From Octopus vulgaris (lineage: Eukaryota), in NCBI GenBank assembly GCA_951406725.2, contig OX597826.1, positions 66,588,001-66,652,000 on the forward strand: DNA of 64,000 bases, given 5' to 3'. Below the pieces are notes generated by a model. It made no database searches. It was not told where the DNA came from and was given only the letters and a program-made list of their open reading frames with translations. The first letter of the stretch is position 1. Every line of letters begins with the position of its first letter. The translations under genes were made by a program, and so were the position numbers. Shown here piece by piece: positions 1 to 14,132 of the stretch.

Positions 1-378
1 TATATATATAAACATATGTATATATATATATATACATTATATGTACATATATAATATACATGTATACATACATATATATACATATGTATATATATATATA
101 CGTATATATGTTTATATATGTATATATATATATGAGTGTATATACATGTGCATATATGTACATAAAAACCTTCATATATATGCATATATACACACGTACA
201 CACACAGATATACATTTATGTACATATATGTATATTTATATATGTATTTTACATACATACGCACACATATATAACGCATATTTAAATACAAAGGCACATA
301 TATTCATGTTTGTGTACGCGCGCGCGCGCGCGCGCGTGTGTGTGTGTGCGTGTGAATGTGTGTGTGTCTGTGTATCAG

Positions 379-1000
379 ATGAAAAATATCCCAGTACATA
401 TCTTAAGAAGCTTATCACAAAAGCGAAAGACGTCATAAAAAGACTGAGTCGGAAAGCTTACTTTTATGCGAACAGCCATTGCAGATTTACCACCAGAAGA
501 ACTGTTGGGTATAAAAACTAATAATACGCGGTAATTGCCCAGCGTGGATAATGGAACTTCGGTGTTTTGATGCGGAATTACTTGAGATGATCAACGAAAT
601 AAGTTTAAAGAATATAGAATACGTAGCACAAATACAAACCAAACACAAGAACAATTAATAAGTCTAACAATATTTTTTTATCTTTTCCGATGAAACCAAA
701 AACCTGTACGAAATAGATAGCTACACTCTCATGTAATATTACACAGAAAATAAAATACAGAAAAGCAGTTAAAAATACCACCAACGAGATTATTAGCGAG
801 GTCATGTCCATAGCATCGAGCCTAAAATTAGACATGGAACTACAATGTTAAGGCGAAAGCGATGTCTATATAACGCTAAAAGATCATAAGGAAAACTGCA
901 CCTCTGCTTCCCAGCGTTGAATTATTAATTTCTTTAGGAGCGAACTCGGAAAAATATGAAAGTATATTTCAGTATTAAGAGATATATTAGGAAATTCAGT
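379..1000 (+). mobile_element. Decayed Penelope-like element (PLE) RT, N-terminal part
   Basis: Frameshifted peptides MKNIP / YLKKLITKAKDVIKRLSRKAYF / ELLEMINEI / VYITLKDHKEN / RSELGKI resemble PLE motifs (IKRMRWKAFF, FITLKDHKENF, LINPAKSEIGK). Confidence 0.8.
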
Positions 1001-1035
1001 TCTTTGCGACAGAAGAATACATAGCTTAGAATACA

Positions 1036-1343
1036 TGAAGACGGATGGCTTAGTGGTTAGGGTGTTGCATTTACGCTGCCCAAACTGGTCGTTGCGTTGT
1101 GTTTTTGAATAAATCACTTCATCTTACGTTGCTCTGCGATCGTTTCGTCATCTGACATATGGCACGTCGTGTTCCTGTACAGGTCACGTGAATTTGATGG
1201 AGGGAGTAAGTTTATGTGAACAGAAACATTCGATCACTATGAACAAATCATCTGTGTGGCTGTTCGGCAAGAAATTGCAGAATCCTCTACGTCGTCTGAC
1301 GACGGGAGAGTCCGTGATGATGATGATGATGATGATGTTGATG
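1036..1343 (+). mobile_element. tRNA-derived SINE, family C, with (TGA)n tail
   Basis: A-box TGGCTTAGTGG head; body resembles the copies at 20659-20980, 23540-23810 and 32850-33070. Confidence 0.6.
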
Positions 1344-1379
<36 letters not shown>

Positions 1380-1409
1380 AGAGTGTTAGATGTGATGTAC
1401 AGAGTTGAA

Positions 1410-1724
<315 letters not shown>

Positions 1725-1725
1725 G

Positions 1726-1774
<49 letters not shown>

Positions 1775-1976
1775 TTTATATATATATATATATATATACT
1801 AATAAAAAGGGTTCAGCAATGAATTGCCTCACTACACACCGAAGTTCAGAAATAGCAGCCCAAAATCTTAGCCATTTCTTCTACTTTAAAAAGGGTCTTC
1901 CAGAGAAACCAAAATACATGAAGGTTATTCACACAGGCAGAGAGCAAAGTAACGAAAATCAATCAATATCTGATCG

Positions 1977-2063
1977 TCCATGGACGCGCGTTTCTGAATT
2001 AGGTTTTTTCATAAAGAATATAAAAAAATATACTTTACTAGCCATATTCTTCATCAGCATGGA
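1977..2063 (-). ncRNA. Minimal type-I hammerhead ribozyme
   Basis: Minus strand reads UCCAUG-CUGAUGA-A-GAAU..AUUC-A-GAAAC-GCGC-GUC-CAUGGA: 6-bp stem I, canonical core, palindromic stem III loop, GUC triplet. Confidence 0.85.
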
Positions 2064-2186
2064 TTTTCTGTATTTTATTAGTATTACTAAAATTTACTGG
2101 GTAATGGTCCTGTTTTCATACCGAATTCCACTTGGTGAAATTTATTGATTACTTCTTAATTAATTAATTTTACCCTTTGTTATTAT

Positions 2187-2246
<60 letters not shown>

Positions 2247-2284
2247 CTTTGAGCGTATTTGTTTGTATGTGTGTGTGTTTTGCT

Positions 2285-2790
2285 TGGTCAGTTAACTACT
2301 GGTTCAATAAATAATTGATAAAAAGTAGATGTAAATTAACCAGTTTCGGATTTGCATGATTCGACGAATCAATTTCCAAAACGCTCTTTTCCAAGACACT
2401 AAGCATTTTGAAAAATATATACCAGCATAAACATCAAGGATAGATAGATTCCTACTAGAAGTTACAGAAAATCTCTCATCCCAAAAAGAAGCTGCATGGG
2501 AGAGCAATGTAAGCGTGGGGTCACTCCATGGACGCCGTGGAAACCTACTTGTTGGTTGGCTTATAATTAAAGTAAAATTAAAAACTTCAGATATTGGAGT
2601 GTTGAGAAACATGAGGTCATTTATCTCAGATTTGATAACGGAAGTTTACAGACACGGGTGATATAGGGTTAACAAGAGTTAATCAGTTCATTTAAAGACG
2701 CAGGATTTAATATTAATGCAGCTACGAATATAAATTTAGTCAGGTTCTTCTTATCATCTTAGATTTTGATGCAGCCATTTATAAACTTTA
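2285..2790 (+). mobile_element. Decayed PLE RT core, probable continuation of 379-1000
   Basis: Peptides YWFNK..KSRCKL / SISKTL / RKSLI / NVSVGSLHG..LVGW / FKDAGFNINAATNINLV occur in PLE RT motif order (WF, FYPSIS, RKSLLF, FDVTMGSYDG, NLKVVNFLD). Confidence 0.7.
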
Positions 2791-2827
2791 GGAATTCAAT
2801 GAAACCATGTATCTTTTATCGTTTATG

Positions 2828-3213
2828 AGTTACTTGTTTCAGCCATTGGACTGCGGCCATGCTGGGGCACTGCCTTGAAGAATATTTAGTCGAGTGAATC
2901 GATCCCAGTATTTATTTTTTAAAAAAGTCTGATGCTTATTTTATCGGTCTATTTTGCCGAACCGTTTACTTACGAGTAGACAAACGCACCAGCACCGGTT
3001 GTAAAGCGGTGGGCTGGTGGTGACAAACACACACACACACACACACACACACAATGGGCCTCTTTGAGTTTCCGTCAACCAAATCCACTCACAAAACTTT
3101 GGTCGGCCCAAGGCTATAGCAGAAGATACTTGTCCAAGATGCCATGTAGTGGGATTGAACTCGGATGCATGTAGTTGCGAAGCAAACTTCATGCCACACA
3201 GCCACGCCTGCCT
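2828..3213 (-). mobile_element. tRNA-derived SINE family A
   Basis: Reverse complement of the GCAGGAGTGGCTGTGTGG..CACCTTGGGCAAGTGTCTT..GACTGAAACAAGTAA consensus seen in many copies. Confidence 0.85.
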
Positions 3214-3248
3214 CTATGTATGTCAAGAAAATTCAAAACAAACATATT

Positions 3249-3522
3249 TGTTGTAACGATTTTGTCTCGACCAAGACCCAAGTTCACTGTAGAGTGAAGG
3301 AAAAACAGATCTACAAATTTAAAACATGTCGGCAGACAAAAATCATAAAGGACTGAATATCTCTTGTGTGGACGCCCCCAGACGATGAAGTAGGCTTGCC
3401 CAATCCATAGATATAGAGGGAGAAGCCTAGACGTCAGTAGACGAGGACAGAGTAGTAGAGAGAGTGGAGTAGAGTTGAGTAGAGGTCATCCGAACGTGCG
3501 ACATAACAATGGCGACGAGGAT
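3249..3522 (+). mobile_element. LTR (3249-3508) followed by tRNA-Ser(GCU) primer-binding site (3510-3522); Gypsy-type LTR retrotransposon 5' remnant
   Basis: TGTT...AACA termini, then TGGCGACGAGGAT, complementary to the 3' end of tRNA-Ser(GCU) (..AUCCUCGUCGCCA). Confidence 0.7.
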
Positions 3523-3824
3523 TTCGTAGCTCACACAGCCACTGTGTAGTATTGCGATATAAGAATATCATAAACCAGAGGAAAACATGACGAATGTGGT
3601 AAAAGCAGTTCAAGGAAAGAAGCTATTGAAATAAAAGAGCAGCTCAACAGAGAACCGATGCACCTGGGAAGAGAATCAAATGGTACGTTTAAAGGTCTTG
3701 CTAGAAGAATGATCATTAGAGCAATAACCATGGAAACGCTTATTAAAAAAGGCACAACGAAAATACATTTCGGCGATGAGCCAAATTAGAAATATATTTC
3801 TAATATATTTCTAAGGTCTAAAAC

Positions 3825-3985
3825 GGCGAGGTGGCACAATCGTTGCCACACCGGGAAAAAAATATTTAGCGCCATTTCGTCCGTCTTTACGTTCTGAGTT
3901 CAAACTCCACCGGGGTCGACTTTGCCGTTCATCATTTCGGGGCCGATGAAATAAGTACGCGTTGAGCACTGGGGTAATATTTTTT
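3825..3985 (+). mobile_element. SINE family B
   Basis: GGCGAG.TGGCA head, GAGTTCAAACTCC B-box, GGTCGACTTTGCC..ATAAGTAC central domain. Confidence 0.8.
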
Positions 3986-4279
3986 ACTGAACGACCTGTC
4001 AATATAGCAGGGTCTTAGAACGTGCAGCTTTAAAGAATACTCAAAACCGTTGTAATTTATGAGCAATGAAACAACAACAAAAACGCAACTGTATGCGAAA
4101 TATCATTTTGTTTAGACTAATTTTCAACATCAATAGTCATAAAGGTAAGATTTTCCCAAATTTAATTTCGAAATATTTCTCAATCGCTGCAATCATCTTC
4201 GCTGCGTCAGTCATTTAACCACCAAAATACGTAAATGGATTGTTTTACTGACGTTGATAGCCTTATTTCAAATAGTTCT

Positions 4280-4465
4280 TTCTACTCTGGCACAAAACCC
4301 TAATTTTTTGGGGCGGGATTAGAGGCTTGTCGATGACATCAACCTCAGTGCTGAACTGTTACTTATTTTATCGATTGAAAAGCAAAGTCAACTTCGGCCG
4401 AATTTGAACTCAGGACGTAAAAACGGAAGAAATTCCGGTCCAACGTGTTAACGATTCTACCAGTA
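4280..4465 (-). mobile_element. SINE family B, diverged
   Basis: GCAAAGTCAACTTCGGCCGAATTTGAACTCAG is the reverse complement of the family B core. Confidence 0.7.
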
Positions 4466-5119
4466 AATAATCATACAAAAGAATAACGTTCATGAAGCAA
4501 CCACGCATCTAATATTAACGTAAACAACTCTATAATGCAGTAATCTACCCATTAAAAATTATGACAAGGGAGACAACTATAATGAATTAGGTGACTGTAA
4601 TATTGCTGAGTTATTCCCCTTGACAGCAAATCTAATGCTAATGGAACTGTGTAGCTGATGTCATTTCTCTCCACCAACTTTCAGAGAAAACCAAATGATA
4701 CATAGGTGTGTGTGAGGGAACATTTAAGTTACGCGAATCACAAATCTAAAATCTAATTTTAAATTCGCAGTTTGGAGGAACGCCGCAACTCTTTCAATAT
4801 ACGTGTAACAACTAATAGCTATGCACACTATTTCTGAAATAACGTGGGCCCAATTAGTTTACATCAAGAAATACATTAACAGAAAAACATTGTGACATTT
4901 TTGTTACGTGGAAAATCTCCAAATATTAATTAAAACAACATTCATAATGAACAGAAAGAACAAATCAGTATATAGATATCTTTTTAACCAAAAAGCAACC
5001 TCGACTCAAAACGATCCGTCAGCCATCAATCGTCTAGGACTTGAATACTTGACAGCCTACATGAGCAATCAAAACAGCTTAGTCTTCCAAGCGTACCTAA
5101 TATCTCATCCATCAACTCC

Positions 5120-5305
5120 TTTTTTTCTGTGGCGTATGTGTTCCCCCCAGCTGGACGGGACGCCAGTCCATCGCAGCGTTACTCAAGAAACATGAAGAGA
5201 GAGTGAGAGAAGGTTGTGGCGAAAAAGTACAACAGGGGTCGCCACTATCCCCTGCCAGAGCATCGTGGAGCTTTTAGGTGTTTTCGCTCAGTAAGCACAC
5301 ACAAC
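5120..5305 (-). mobile_element. SINE family D fragment
   Basis: Reverse-complement similarity to 38665-38775 (GAGCGAAAACACCTAAA..GCTCCAC). Confidence 0.65.
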
Positions 5306-5737
5306 AACGATGTACAGGGGCCTGAACTAATATGCACCATAACTCTCATTACTCTCTCACTAAAGTTATTTTGTAAGCAAAAAAATTAGCAAATATAACG
5401 CATGACCATATACATACATACATACATACATGCATACATACATACATACATACATACATACATACATACATACATACATACATACATACATACATACATA
5501 CATACATACACACACGCACACACACACACATATATCTGTACTCATGTCGAAGCACACACAGCTATAAATAATAGCGTGTAAATATTAGGTTGAAAATCAC
5601 TTCTGGGTAGAAAATGACGGAGGCTGTTCGTGAGACAATTTTTATAGCTTTATGCGTGTGCTGTGAGATATTCCCCCCTAAAGGAATTAGTTCACGGTCA
5701 CTCGAAATTTTATAAAATTCTTGGCCTCAACAAAGAA

Positions 5738-5779
<42 letters not shown>

Positions 5780-5788
5780 GTGTATGCA

Positions 5789-5859
<71 letters not shown>

Positions 5860-5959
5860 TGTGTGTGTATATTACAGGTTTAAGCCAATGAACTGCAGTC
5901 ATTCTAGGACGCCACTTACATGGATTTTGAGTATAGCCATTTGTCATTAGTACATGCAC

Positions 5960-6245
5960 AAACATTGCAGCTAGTGGTACTCTCTCTCTGTCTCTGGGGG
6001 AAGAGCAATACTAAGGGGAGACCCTCAAGGAACTGTACTGGAACCACTGCTGTTTGTGGCGGTTCTAGTCATACAGTTAACCACTCTCACCAGCTATGCT
6101 GATGACACAAATGCATCACGAACAATCAAAGACTATGAAGATATTGCAAAAGTACAGAACTATTAGGACGCAATATACAAGTGACCTGAAGGAAAGAATA
6201 TGCAGCTCACTGCTGATAACTTTCAATAACTCCGTTATCGATCCA
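5960..6245 (+). mobile_element. CR1/Jockey-group LINE RT fragment (pseudogenised)
   Basis: GDPQGTVLEPLLF..SYADDT..KVQNY*DAIYK*..NMQL..FQ*LRY corresponds to RT motifs GVPQG/YADD, with stop codons. Confidence 0.8.
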
Positions 6246-6768
6246 CAATACACCATAAAGAAAGAATTCTTGTTCAGATTATGAAATAATCTCTCTATGA
6301 AATTGACTATTTCGTAAACTTAACCGAGAAGAAACAACGACATTTCAGAAATATAATTGAAAAACTGAAGATTAAATATAAACTCAATGGTGTTTCTTTC
6401 TACTAAACTGTGAGGTGTTCGCCAATAGGCAATGTCTTGAGTATACTGGTAGCTCTGTTGGAAACTATTATTGCATGACTTAAAGAGAAGAAAATACCCC
6501 GTCCTCAACTGCAAAACACCGAAACGAATGCAACAACTGATTTAATGATTCATCGACAAACTATCAACTTGTTTCTTCGAGGGAAATCTATGATTGTTTA
6601 TGATTTTACTCAAACTTTAAGAACTTTAAGAATATATGAGGAATTTTACAATGAAACATATTGTCAAGAGACTTCAATCAGTTTCCCAATCATTGTAGGA
6701 GAAGAGCTGTAGTTTAGTGGTTAGGGTTCTCGGCAGGTTGTGACCTCGAGCAAGATACTATATATGTG

Positions 6769-6848
<80 letters not shown>

Positions 6849-7065
6849 TACAATAATTTTATCCTATATTAATTATAAATAGATTAGTGTTCATTTCCGG
6901 ATTCTATCACTCTGTGAAAGTTTCTAGTTCGAATCACACGTGTCTCGAGGTGCGCCGAAGATTTTTTCTATTTTGGATATATTTGGGGTACTTAAGTCTG
7001 CTCGGGACTTAGTGCTTGCTTTTTCTTGGGTATGAGTAAGTATTTCATTAATATCTCGCGTATTT

Positions 7066-7122
7066 GCCGCTGAAGAGGGGAAAATTTCTTATGAATTAAC
7101 CTCGAAATTGGACCAATACGGT
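7066..7122 (+). ncRNA. Minimal type-I hammerhead ribozyme
   Basis: GCCG-CUGAAGA-GGGG..CCUC-GAAA-UUGG-A-CCAA-UA-CGGU; lies in a ~400-bp element between (TA)n tracts. Confidence 0.8.
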
Positions 7123-7361
7123 AATAACGAATTCTTTAGAGATTTCTATCGGTTTATTTCGAGACGCATAAATTTTAATGGTTATCGACAAAAATTTTTT
7201 TTGTTTCGGCATATTTGGCATTAGAACTTTTCTTCTGCCCTTATCTTGTAAATTATGTATACATATATACATATATACATATACATATATATATATATAC
7301 ATATATATGTTTGCGTATACGTATGTAAGAATGTATGTATCTATCTCTCCCTCTCCCTCTT

Positions 7362-8658
7362 ATGATCTTAGGCCTCCACCATCTTCATTTCTTCTTAGGT
7401 AGAACCTGTCAACATCACTGTTTCGGTAGAAGTTCCCAGCTGTTGTCAGGATTTTGCAGGTTTTGATATCTATGGAGTGGACTTTCTCTTCAGATCAATC
7501 AAGTATCTCAAATGTTGGGATCAGCACCGGTACTGAAAATGCATTGTGAAATATTGTTTTGTTGAAAGAGGAGAGTTCCGACTGCCATATTTTCCTAAGT
7601 CTGGTGTAATATTCTCGGGTCACTCTATCTTTATTCACAATGCCTTCATACGATACATTTTCATCTATGCCTAAGTACTTGTAACATTCTTTGTGTGGAA
7701 TGGTGGAGTTAGAGAGACCGTTGATGCACAGGTTTTGGGTTTGGGAGATTGACTTTCCTCGTTCTATAACCAAATATGAACATTTCTTTTGGCCAAATTC
7801 CATGCCTACATCAGTTGAAAATGTTGTTATTAATTCCAGTTGTTTGTAATTCTTTTCTTTGGCATTATTAACACTTTTAGCATAAATCTTCAGGTTGTCT
7901 ACAAAGAAATTATGAGTTATATTGATATTTCTGACTGTGGAAGATCCTAGTATGTAACCATTTATTTTCTGCAGTAGGGACGATAATTGATTCAGTGCCA
8001 AAAGGAAAAGAAGTACAGAAAGACTATTTCCCTGGAATATTCCCTTTGTAATGCTTATACTATTAGAAACAATTATTCTGTTCTCAGTTGTAAGGGTAAG
8101 AATAATTGTCCATGTCTTTGTGGGTCTCTCTATAGCAGTAATTAAGGTAGTAGGTACCTTTACCGGATGTAGGCACTTCAACAGCCATGAATGAGGGATA
8201 GAGTCGAATGCCTTCTTATCAAGCCATACTGTCACAAGGTTTCTGCATTGTTTTCTTACTTCATATAGAATAGCTTAATTTATTAAAAGTTGTTCAGCAC
8301 ATCCCCACATTCCCTTCTTTCCACCAACTTGTTCACCAGACACAATGTTGTTCGACTCACAATGGTCCTGGAGGAATTAGTCGTGACAACTTGTGTACAG
8401 TTTGTACGTAATGTTTAGTCAAACAATGGGCCTGTAGTTTCCTGCCATGTCGGTGATTTCATTTTTGGCAACAAGATTTGTCCTTCCTGTAGCAAGCCAT
8501 TGTGGTATATCAGTCTCACCTTCCAATGTCCTTTTGAACATACGTATCAATTGGTCTCTATAAAATATCAGCTTCTTGTACCAATATCTAACTATTAGGT
8601 TCCTTCCAGGTGCCTTCCCATTCTGCTGTTTGCCTACTGCTATAGCGAAGGTTTCTGG
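7362..8658 (-). mobile_element. R4/Dong-clade non-LTR retrotransposon RT region, frameshifted
   Basis: ORFs 8419-8733 and 7495-8235 contain KAPG, NYRPI, KKAFDSIPHSW, GIFQGNSLS, HNFFVDNLK, EFGQKKC and YKYLG, followed by DVDRFYLRRNEDGGGL. Confidence 0.9.
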
Positions 8659-8902
8659 TATGTATGTATGTATGTATGTATGTATGTATGTATGTATGTA
8701 TGTATGTATGTATGTATGTATGCATGCATGCATGTATGTATATATGTATTATGTATGAATGTATGTATGTATGTATGTATGTATGTATGTATGTATGTAT
8801 GTATGTATGTATGCATGCATGCATGTATGTATATATGTATGTATGAATGTATGTATGTATGTATGTATGTATGTATGTATGTATGTATGTATGTATGCAT
8901 GT
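8659..8902. repeat. (TATG)n microsatellite with ~90-bp internal duplication
   Basis: Direct reading; the interruption GCATGCATGCATGTATGTATATATG..GAATG occurs twice. Confidence 0.9.
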
Positions 8903-8972
8903 ATAAGGAATAAGGGGAAGGTGTATTTTCCGTCCTTCAGTTCTAACTTATTCAAGTCTGAATATATATAAC

Positions 8973-9076
<104 letters not shown>

Positions 9077-10619
9077 ACTGTATATTTGTGACTGTATGTG
9101 TGTGCACGCGAGCGTGTGTATCAAGTATTTATACATGAGGAGAGTAGCTTTGGAAAAAGAAAGGAACAAAGAGGAACAAAGTTAGTGTGTGGTGTTTCAT
9201 AAAGAATAGAGAAAGACAAAAAGTAAGAAGTAACAAAGGTAACGACGCACAACGAAGAGAAGACTATAAATGTCTTTATGCTAACAGTTTTTGTTTGGTA
9301 AAAATATAAAAAAAAATATATTGGGATATTCCACGCAAAAGGAGACAATAGCTGAAAGATTATAATAAAACTGTGCTGCCATGATTTATGTATTTCTATG
9401 TTCCCAGAAGCCAATAGGTTTTAAAAAAGCAAAAGAAAAAAAAAAAATAAAATTCTGTGGCACTATTGTCATTTGACCAGGGTCGCCATCTTGGATCCAG
9501 TCTGGAAGATAACAATTTGACTACAAGGACAAAAGGTAGGTATCCAGTTCCATCCAAGAAATAAAATTGACTATCTTGCAAGGATGTATTTTTCGGAAGA
9601 ACGAATTATAAAACTACAATTTGGCAGTGTTATGTTTTTTGGAGGATCATCCTACTTGTTAGCGAAAACAGTATTTACTGTGGCCATTAGAATTTGTTGC
9701 GTCAGGTTACGTTTTAGCATTATGAGTTTAGTCTACAAAATCCTGACAAATAATTACTTTAAACCAATGCAACCATTATGACATGCTGTAAAGTGGTGGT
9801 GGGGAGGAGTCATTATTATAATACACAGTATTTTATATTTTCAGTTACGTGTACCTGCTTGTGCACTGTTCATGGAAATTTCAGCAACATTATAATCAGT
9901 GACTTGCTGTATTATAGGGATCCCACGATTTCTTGCAATGCATGCAAAATGTCTAGATTGAATTATCTGAGACATTATGCATGTGCTGAAATAAGCATCA
10001 AGAAATGTTATTTAGAACTTTGTGTTTAAGTGCAGCACATATTTTGAATACATAGTGTGTGTTTTGTGTGTTTTTATCTTTTGATCAATTCCTCATGTTC
10101 CTGATTGATTAAAATAAAAATACGGAATACTAATTGGTATCCAAGTTTCAGTGTTACTTTCAGTTACATATTTCTAGGTGGACATGTTACATCAGTTACG
10201 TGTACCTGTTGCGTCAGTTACATTTTACCAAAGACACTACAGCGTGTATCAAATAATAGTGTCGGATATGAAACCATGTATAACATCCATACCACTTCAG
10301 GTTTCTTTTGATATAAAAATTGTTTGCACATGTAAATTTTTTGCAGAGGGTTTCCAGCATAAGTACCACCAAGTCAGGTACCCTGTCTTTCTTTCGTTGC
10401 GTCAGTTATGCAAGTATTTATTCTCTCTAAGATAAGCTAGTTCAAACATAGAATTACAATACATATGTAACAATATTTATGAGCCACAGCAGTTAAATTA
10501 TTCATGGGTCATTATGTTTTAGTTAGTTTAAGCAACATGCCAGAGCATTTTCAGTATTTAAAAAGTTCTTGTAAATGTCGCGTCAGATACGGTGGAATTG
10601 CCCTATACTTGAAATAACT

Positions 10620-11030
10620 CTTTCTTCTACAAGCACAAGGTCACAAAGTTTTGGCGTGGGGTACTAGTCGATTACAGTGACCCCAGTGCTCAGCTGGTAC
10701 TTATTTTATCGACCTCCGAAAGGATGAAAGGCAAAGTCAACCTCGGCGGAATTTGAACTCAGGGCGTAAAACCGGAAGAAATGTCGATTAAAATTTTATC
10801 CAGAATGGTAACGATTCTGCAAGTTTGTTACCTTTGCGTTTGAAATAATGATAAGCACGTTTTCTGATTTAGATACAAGGCCAGCAATTTTGAAGGGAGG
10901 GATTAGTCGACAACATCGACCTATCCCTAGAAGGATAGAAAGCGGGTGGTATTTGAACTCAGAAAGTAAAGAACCGGAACACATATCGCATAGCATTTTC
11001 CCGACGCTCTAACGATTCTGCCCGCTCAGA
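10620..11030 (-). mobile_element. Two adjacent SINE family B copies
   Basis: GAAAGGATGAAAGGCAAAGTCAACCTCGGCGGAATTTGAACTC, followed by a second degraded copy. Confidence 0.75.
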
Positions 11031-11049
11031 ACATCGCTGTTCGGTGAAT

Positions 11050-12066
11050 CAATTTAGGCTTAGGTTGAATATAAAGTATTGCGTGGCAATATCGTTGAGA
11101 AAATAAGATAACGTTGATATAAATATTGTCGTAGGTAGTGGTAAATGGATAAGTAGACCAGTAACAATCGTTAATTTAATGTGTATAAATAAGAAGAATG
11201 GACAAATATCTTGAGTAATTCTACGTTAAATTTGATGGCTCGTCTTATGATAACAAGTTATTGGCTTTAAGAGAAATTTACCCGTTATGACATTGGTTTC
11301 TAAGGATTTTTATTGACTAAAAGTTATCGTGAAATGCGCGAATAAGTAAAGCATTCAGAGTATATATCTGTAATAAAATTATTTTCACAAAATATAGGTG
11401 ACATAAGACTAAATAAGTTGATGAAAGATAATGGAAATAATATAAAGACATAAGGATATTGGCAAATGTCGTACTTTAATTATTGAATATAAATATATAG
11501 GAGATTTTTATAGCGAAAAAAACGGACAAAGTTAATATATAATGGTGGCTGCAGAGTGAAGAAAATCAGAAATCTTAAAAGTGAGGAAGAAGGTGAAGAT
11601 TTTTTATGCTAAGAATAATCGTTTGTAGAAATACTCTTTTTTAACACAATATAATTGGAAAAAGGAAAAGAATAAACGTGTGAAGTAGTAATTGTATTAA
11701 AAGATAATAAAAAAAAAAGTGCGTATTATATATATTATAGTAAAAAGTCTCAGACATGAATCAGATTGAATTATATCAGCTCAGAAGTAGGTAGAGTGTA
11801 AAGAATTGTCGTAAAGGAAATCAGTGAGAACATAAATTTAACCCCGTCGTTAGTGCGAGCGAAATAAATGGTGCGATCAGTTGAAATGATTGGACTTAAT
11901 GAATATGAGAAAGGAAAATAGATAACTAGTGCAATTCAACCTTAAATTTACCGATTCGTCGTAGGATGACAAAATTCCGGTGTATTTGGAAAAAAGAAAA
12001 GAGCATTATCTATTGCTACTTTAAAGGAATTCAATGCTTTAAAGTTACCGAGAAAGTGTGAAGCAG

Positions 12067-12118
<52 letters not shown>

Positions 12119-13270
12119 TAGTAAGAGTGGTAAGATCAGTAATAAAATTATTTCACGTCATATGTAAGTTACATAAAAATAAGTAGGTTAATGACAGATA
12201 AAGTAACTAATATAAATAATATAGGAATATCGTCACGTGTTTTGCTTAAAGTGTCGAATAAAAATAAAATATGCTGAACGGGAAAATATTTAATGGTGAT
12301 TTAATAGTGATTAAAGTAATTTTCTCTAAATATATCAAAATAATGAAAAGCAATTATAATAAATGTAAAGTGAAGGTAAGGATTAATATGAGTGTGAAAA
12401 ATTAAAGAGCAAAGTATATATCTAGTAGAGTGCTGTATTTGGAACGTACGTAACTTAAAGTGTTATGGAGTTATATTGAGTAAAAATTAAACCTATTAAT
12501 ACGAAAGATAATGGAAATATGATACTATAATAAAGTGCTGAGAAGATCAAGACAAAATAATTGGATAGAGTAAGAAACGATATTAGAGATTGGACGTGAA
12601 TGAAGATCCAAAAATCAAAAATAATAAATGGAAATAAAGTGAGGAGATAAAATATAATCAGGTTTATAAGCAACTGAATAACATAGAATAAATGATTTTA
12701 AAGTGGTAGCGAGGGAATATAATTAAATGAATATATATATTTAGTGGGAGATTATTACGAAGAAAATAAAGGCGACTAAAGTGAAAAATTAGCGGAGGCT
12801 TTTAGGAGAGTAGCTGTGTGTTGGATTATATATAAGTTTAGAAGCTAATCTTCAGGTTAGAGTTAAATCTAATTTAAATTAATAACTAAAGTTTAAAAAT
12901 TGGCCGGAAAGGGGAATATGAGATTAAGAACATATATGTAGTATAAAATAAAATAGAACTAAATATAATAGCTAAAATTCAACGATAAAGATTTTATAAT
13001 TACCGCTGGTGAAGTCCCATGGGAGTTAATAGGTTTTGGCTTCAACAAAAAGGGCAACATTAATTGAAGTAAATTTCGAAAACAAAATTCTATGTAATAT
13101 TTATAGTTCAAAGGTTAATTTTGTGCCACAGTCTGAAAAATGAAGGTGGAATATGGTGGGTCTAAAGAATTGGCCCAGTAATTCGTTTAATAATGTTCGA
13201 GGTCTGCAGAGGTTTTAAAAGCTTTCGGCGTAGAGATTTTCGATATCTTATTTGTATAGGTTGCAATACA
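11050..13270 (-). mobile_element. Highly decayed RT-like remnant(s), possibly two tandem PLE copies
   Basis: Diverged direct repeat 11370-11500 vs 12140-12270; minus-strand peptides LSPIIST, KPINSHGTSP and TRDDIPI weakly resemble RPIIS and YVDDI. Confidence 0.35.
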
Positions 13271-13484
13271 ATATGTTCATTTAAGATAGCCGCAGGCGTG
13301 ACTGTATGGTAAGAAGTTTGCTTCCCAAACTTCTTATAGTAGAAGACAATCGCCCAAGGTACCAGTGCCCAAAGTGCCAGTAGAACTGAACTCTAACCAT
13401 CCAGTTGCTTCCCAAGCAACAACAACAATATTACTAGAGAAACAAGTGGTTCATCTTAAATTACAATAATTATTGGTTATACAT

Positions 13485-13688
13485 TTTGGCATAAGGACTG
13501 AAATTTTAGTGGAGGGATCTAATCGATTACATCGACTTTCAGTTCTCAACTGGTACTTATTTCATCGATCCCGAAAGGATGAAAGGCAAAGTCGACGTCG
13601 GTGGAATTTGAACACAGAGCATAAAGATGGACGAAATAGCGCAAAGCATTTTGCTCGGCGTACTAAAGATTTTGCCAGCTCGCCGCCT
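13485..13688 (-). mobile_element. SINE family B
   Basis: Ends in GCCAGCTCGCCGCC; lies head-to-head with the next copy. Confidence 0.85.
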
Positions 13689-13718
13689 TTATAAATTACC
13701 ATAATTATTACCAGGCAG

Positions 13719-14132
13719 GGCGGCGAGCTGGCAGAAACGTTAGCACCCCGGGCGAAATGCGTAACCGTATTTCGTTTGCCGTTACGTTCTGAGTTCAAAT
13801 TCCGTCGAGGTCGACTTTGCCGTTCATCCTTCGGGGTCGATAAATTAAGTACCAGTTACGCACTGGGGTCGATGTAATCGGCTTAATCAGTTTGCCTGTC
13901 CTTGTTTGTCCCCTCTGTGTTTAGCCCCTTGTGGGTAGTAAAGAAATAGGTATTTCGTCTGCCGTTACGTTCTGAATTCAAATTTCGCCGAGGACGACTT
14001 TGCCTTTCATCCTTTCGGGGTCGATTAAATAAGTACTAGTTACGCACTGGGATCGATATAATCAACTTCATCTGTTTTTCTGTCCTTGTTTGTCTCCCCT
14101 ATGTTTAGCCTCTTGTGGGCAATAAAGAAATA
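13719..14132 (+). mobile_element. SINE family B, tandem (head plus two ~183-bp units)
   Basis: Unit GTATTTCG..AAAGAAATA is repeated. Confidence 0.9.

Noticed and set aside
11050-13270. Possible mitochondrial insertion (AT-rich, strand-skewed)
   Set aside because: No recognisable mitochondrial gene, rRNA or tRNA motifs; the weak RT-like motifs fit better.
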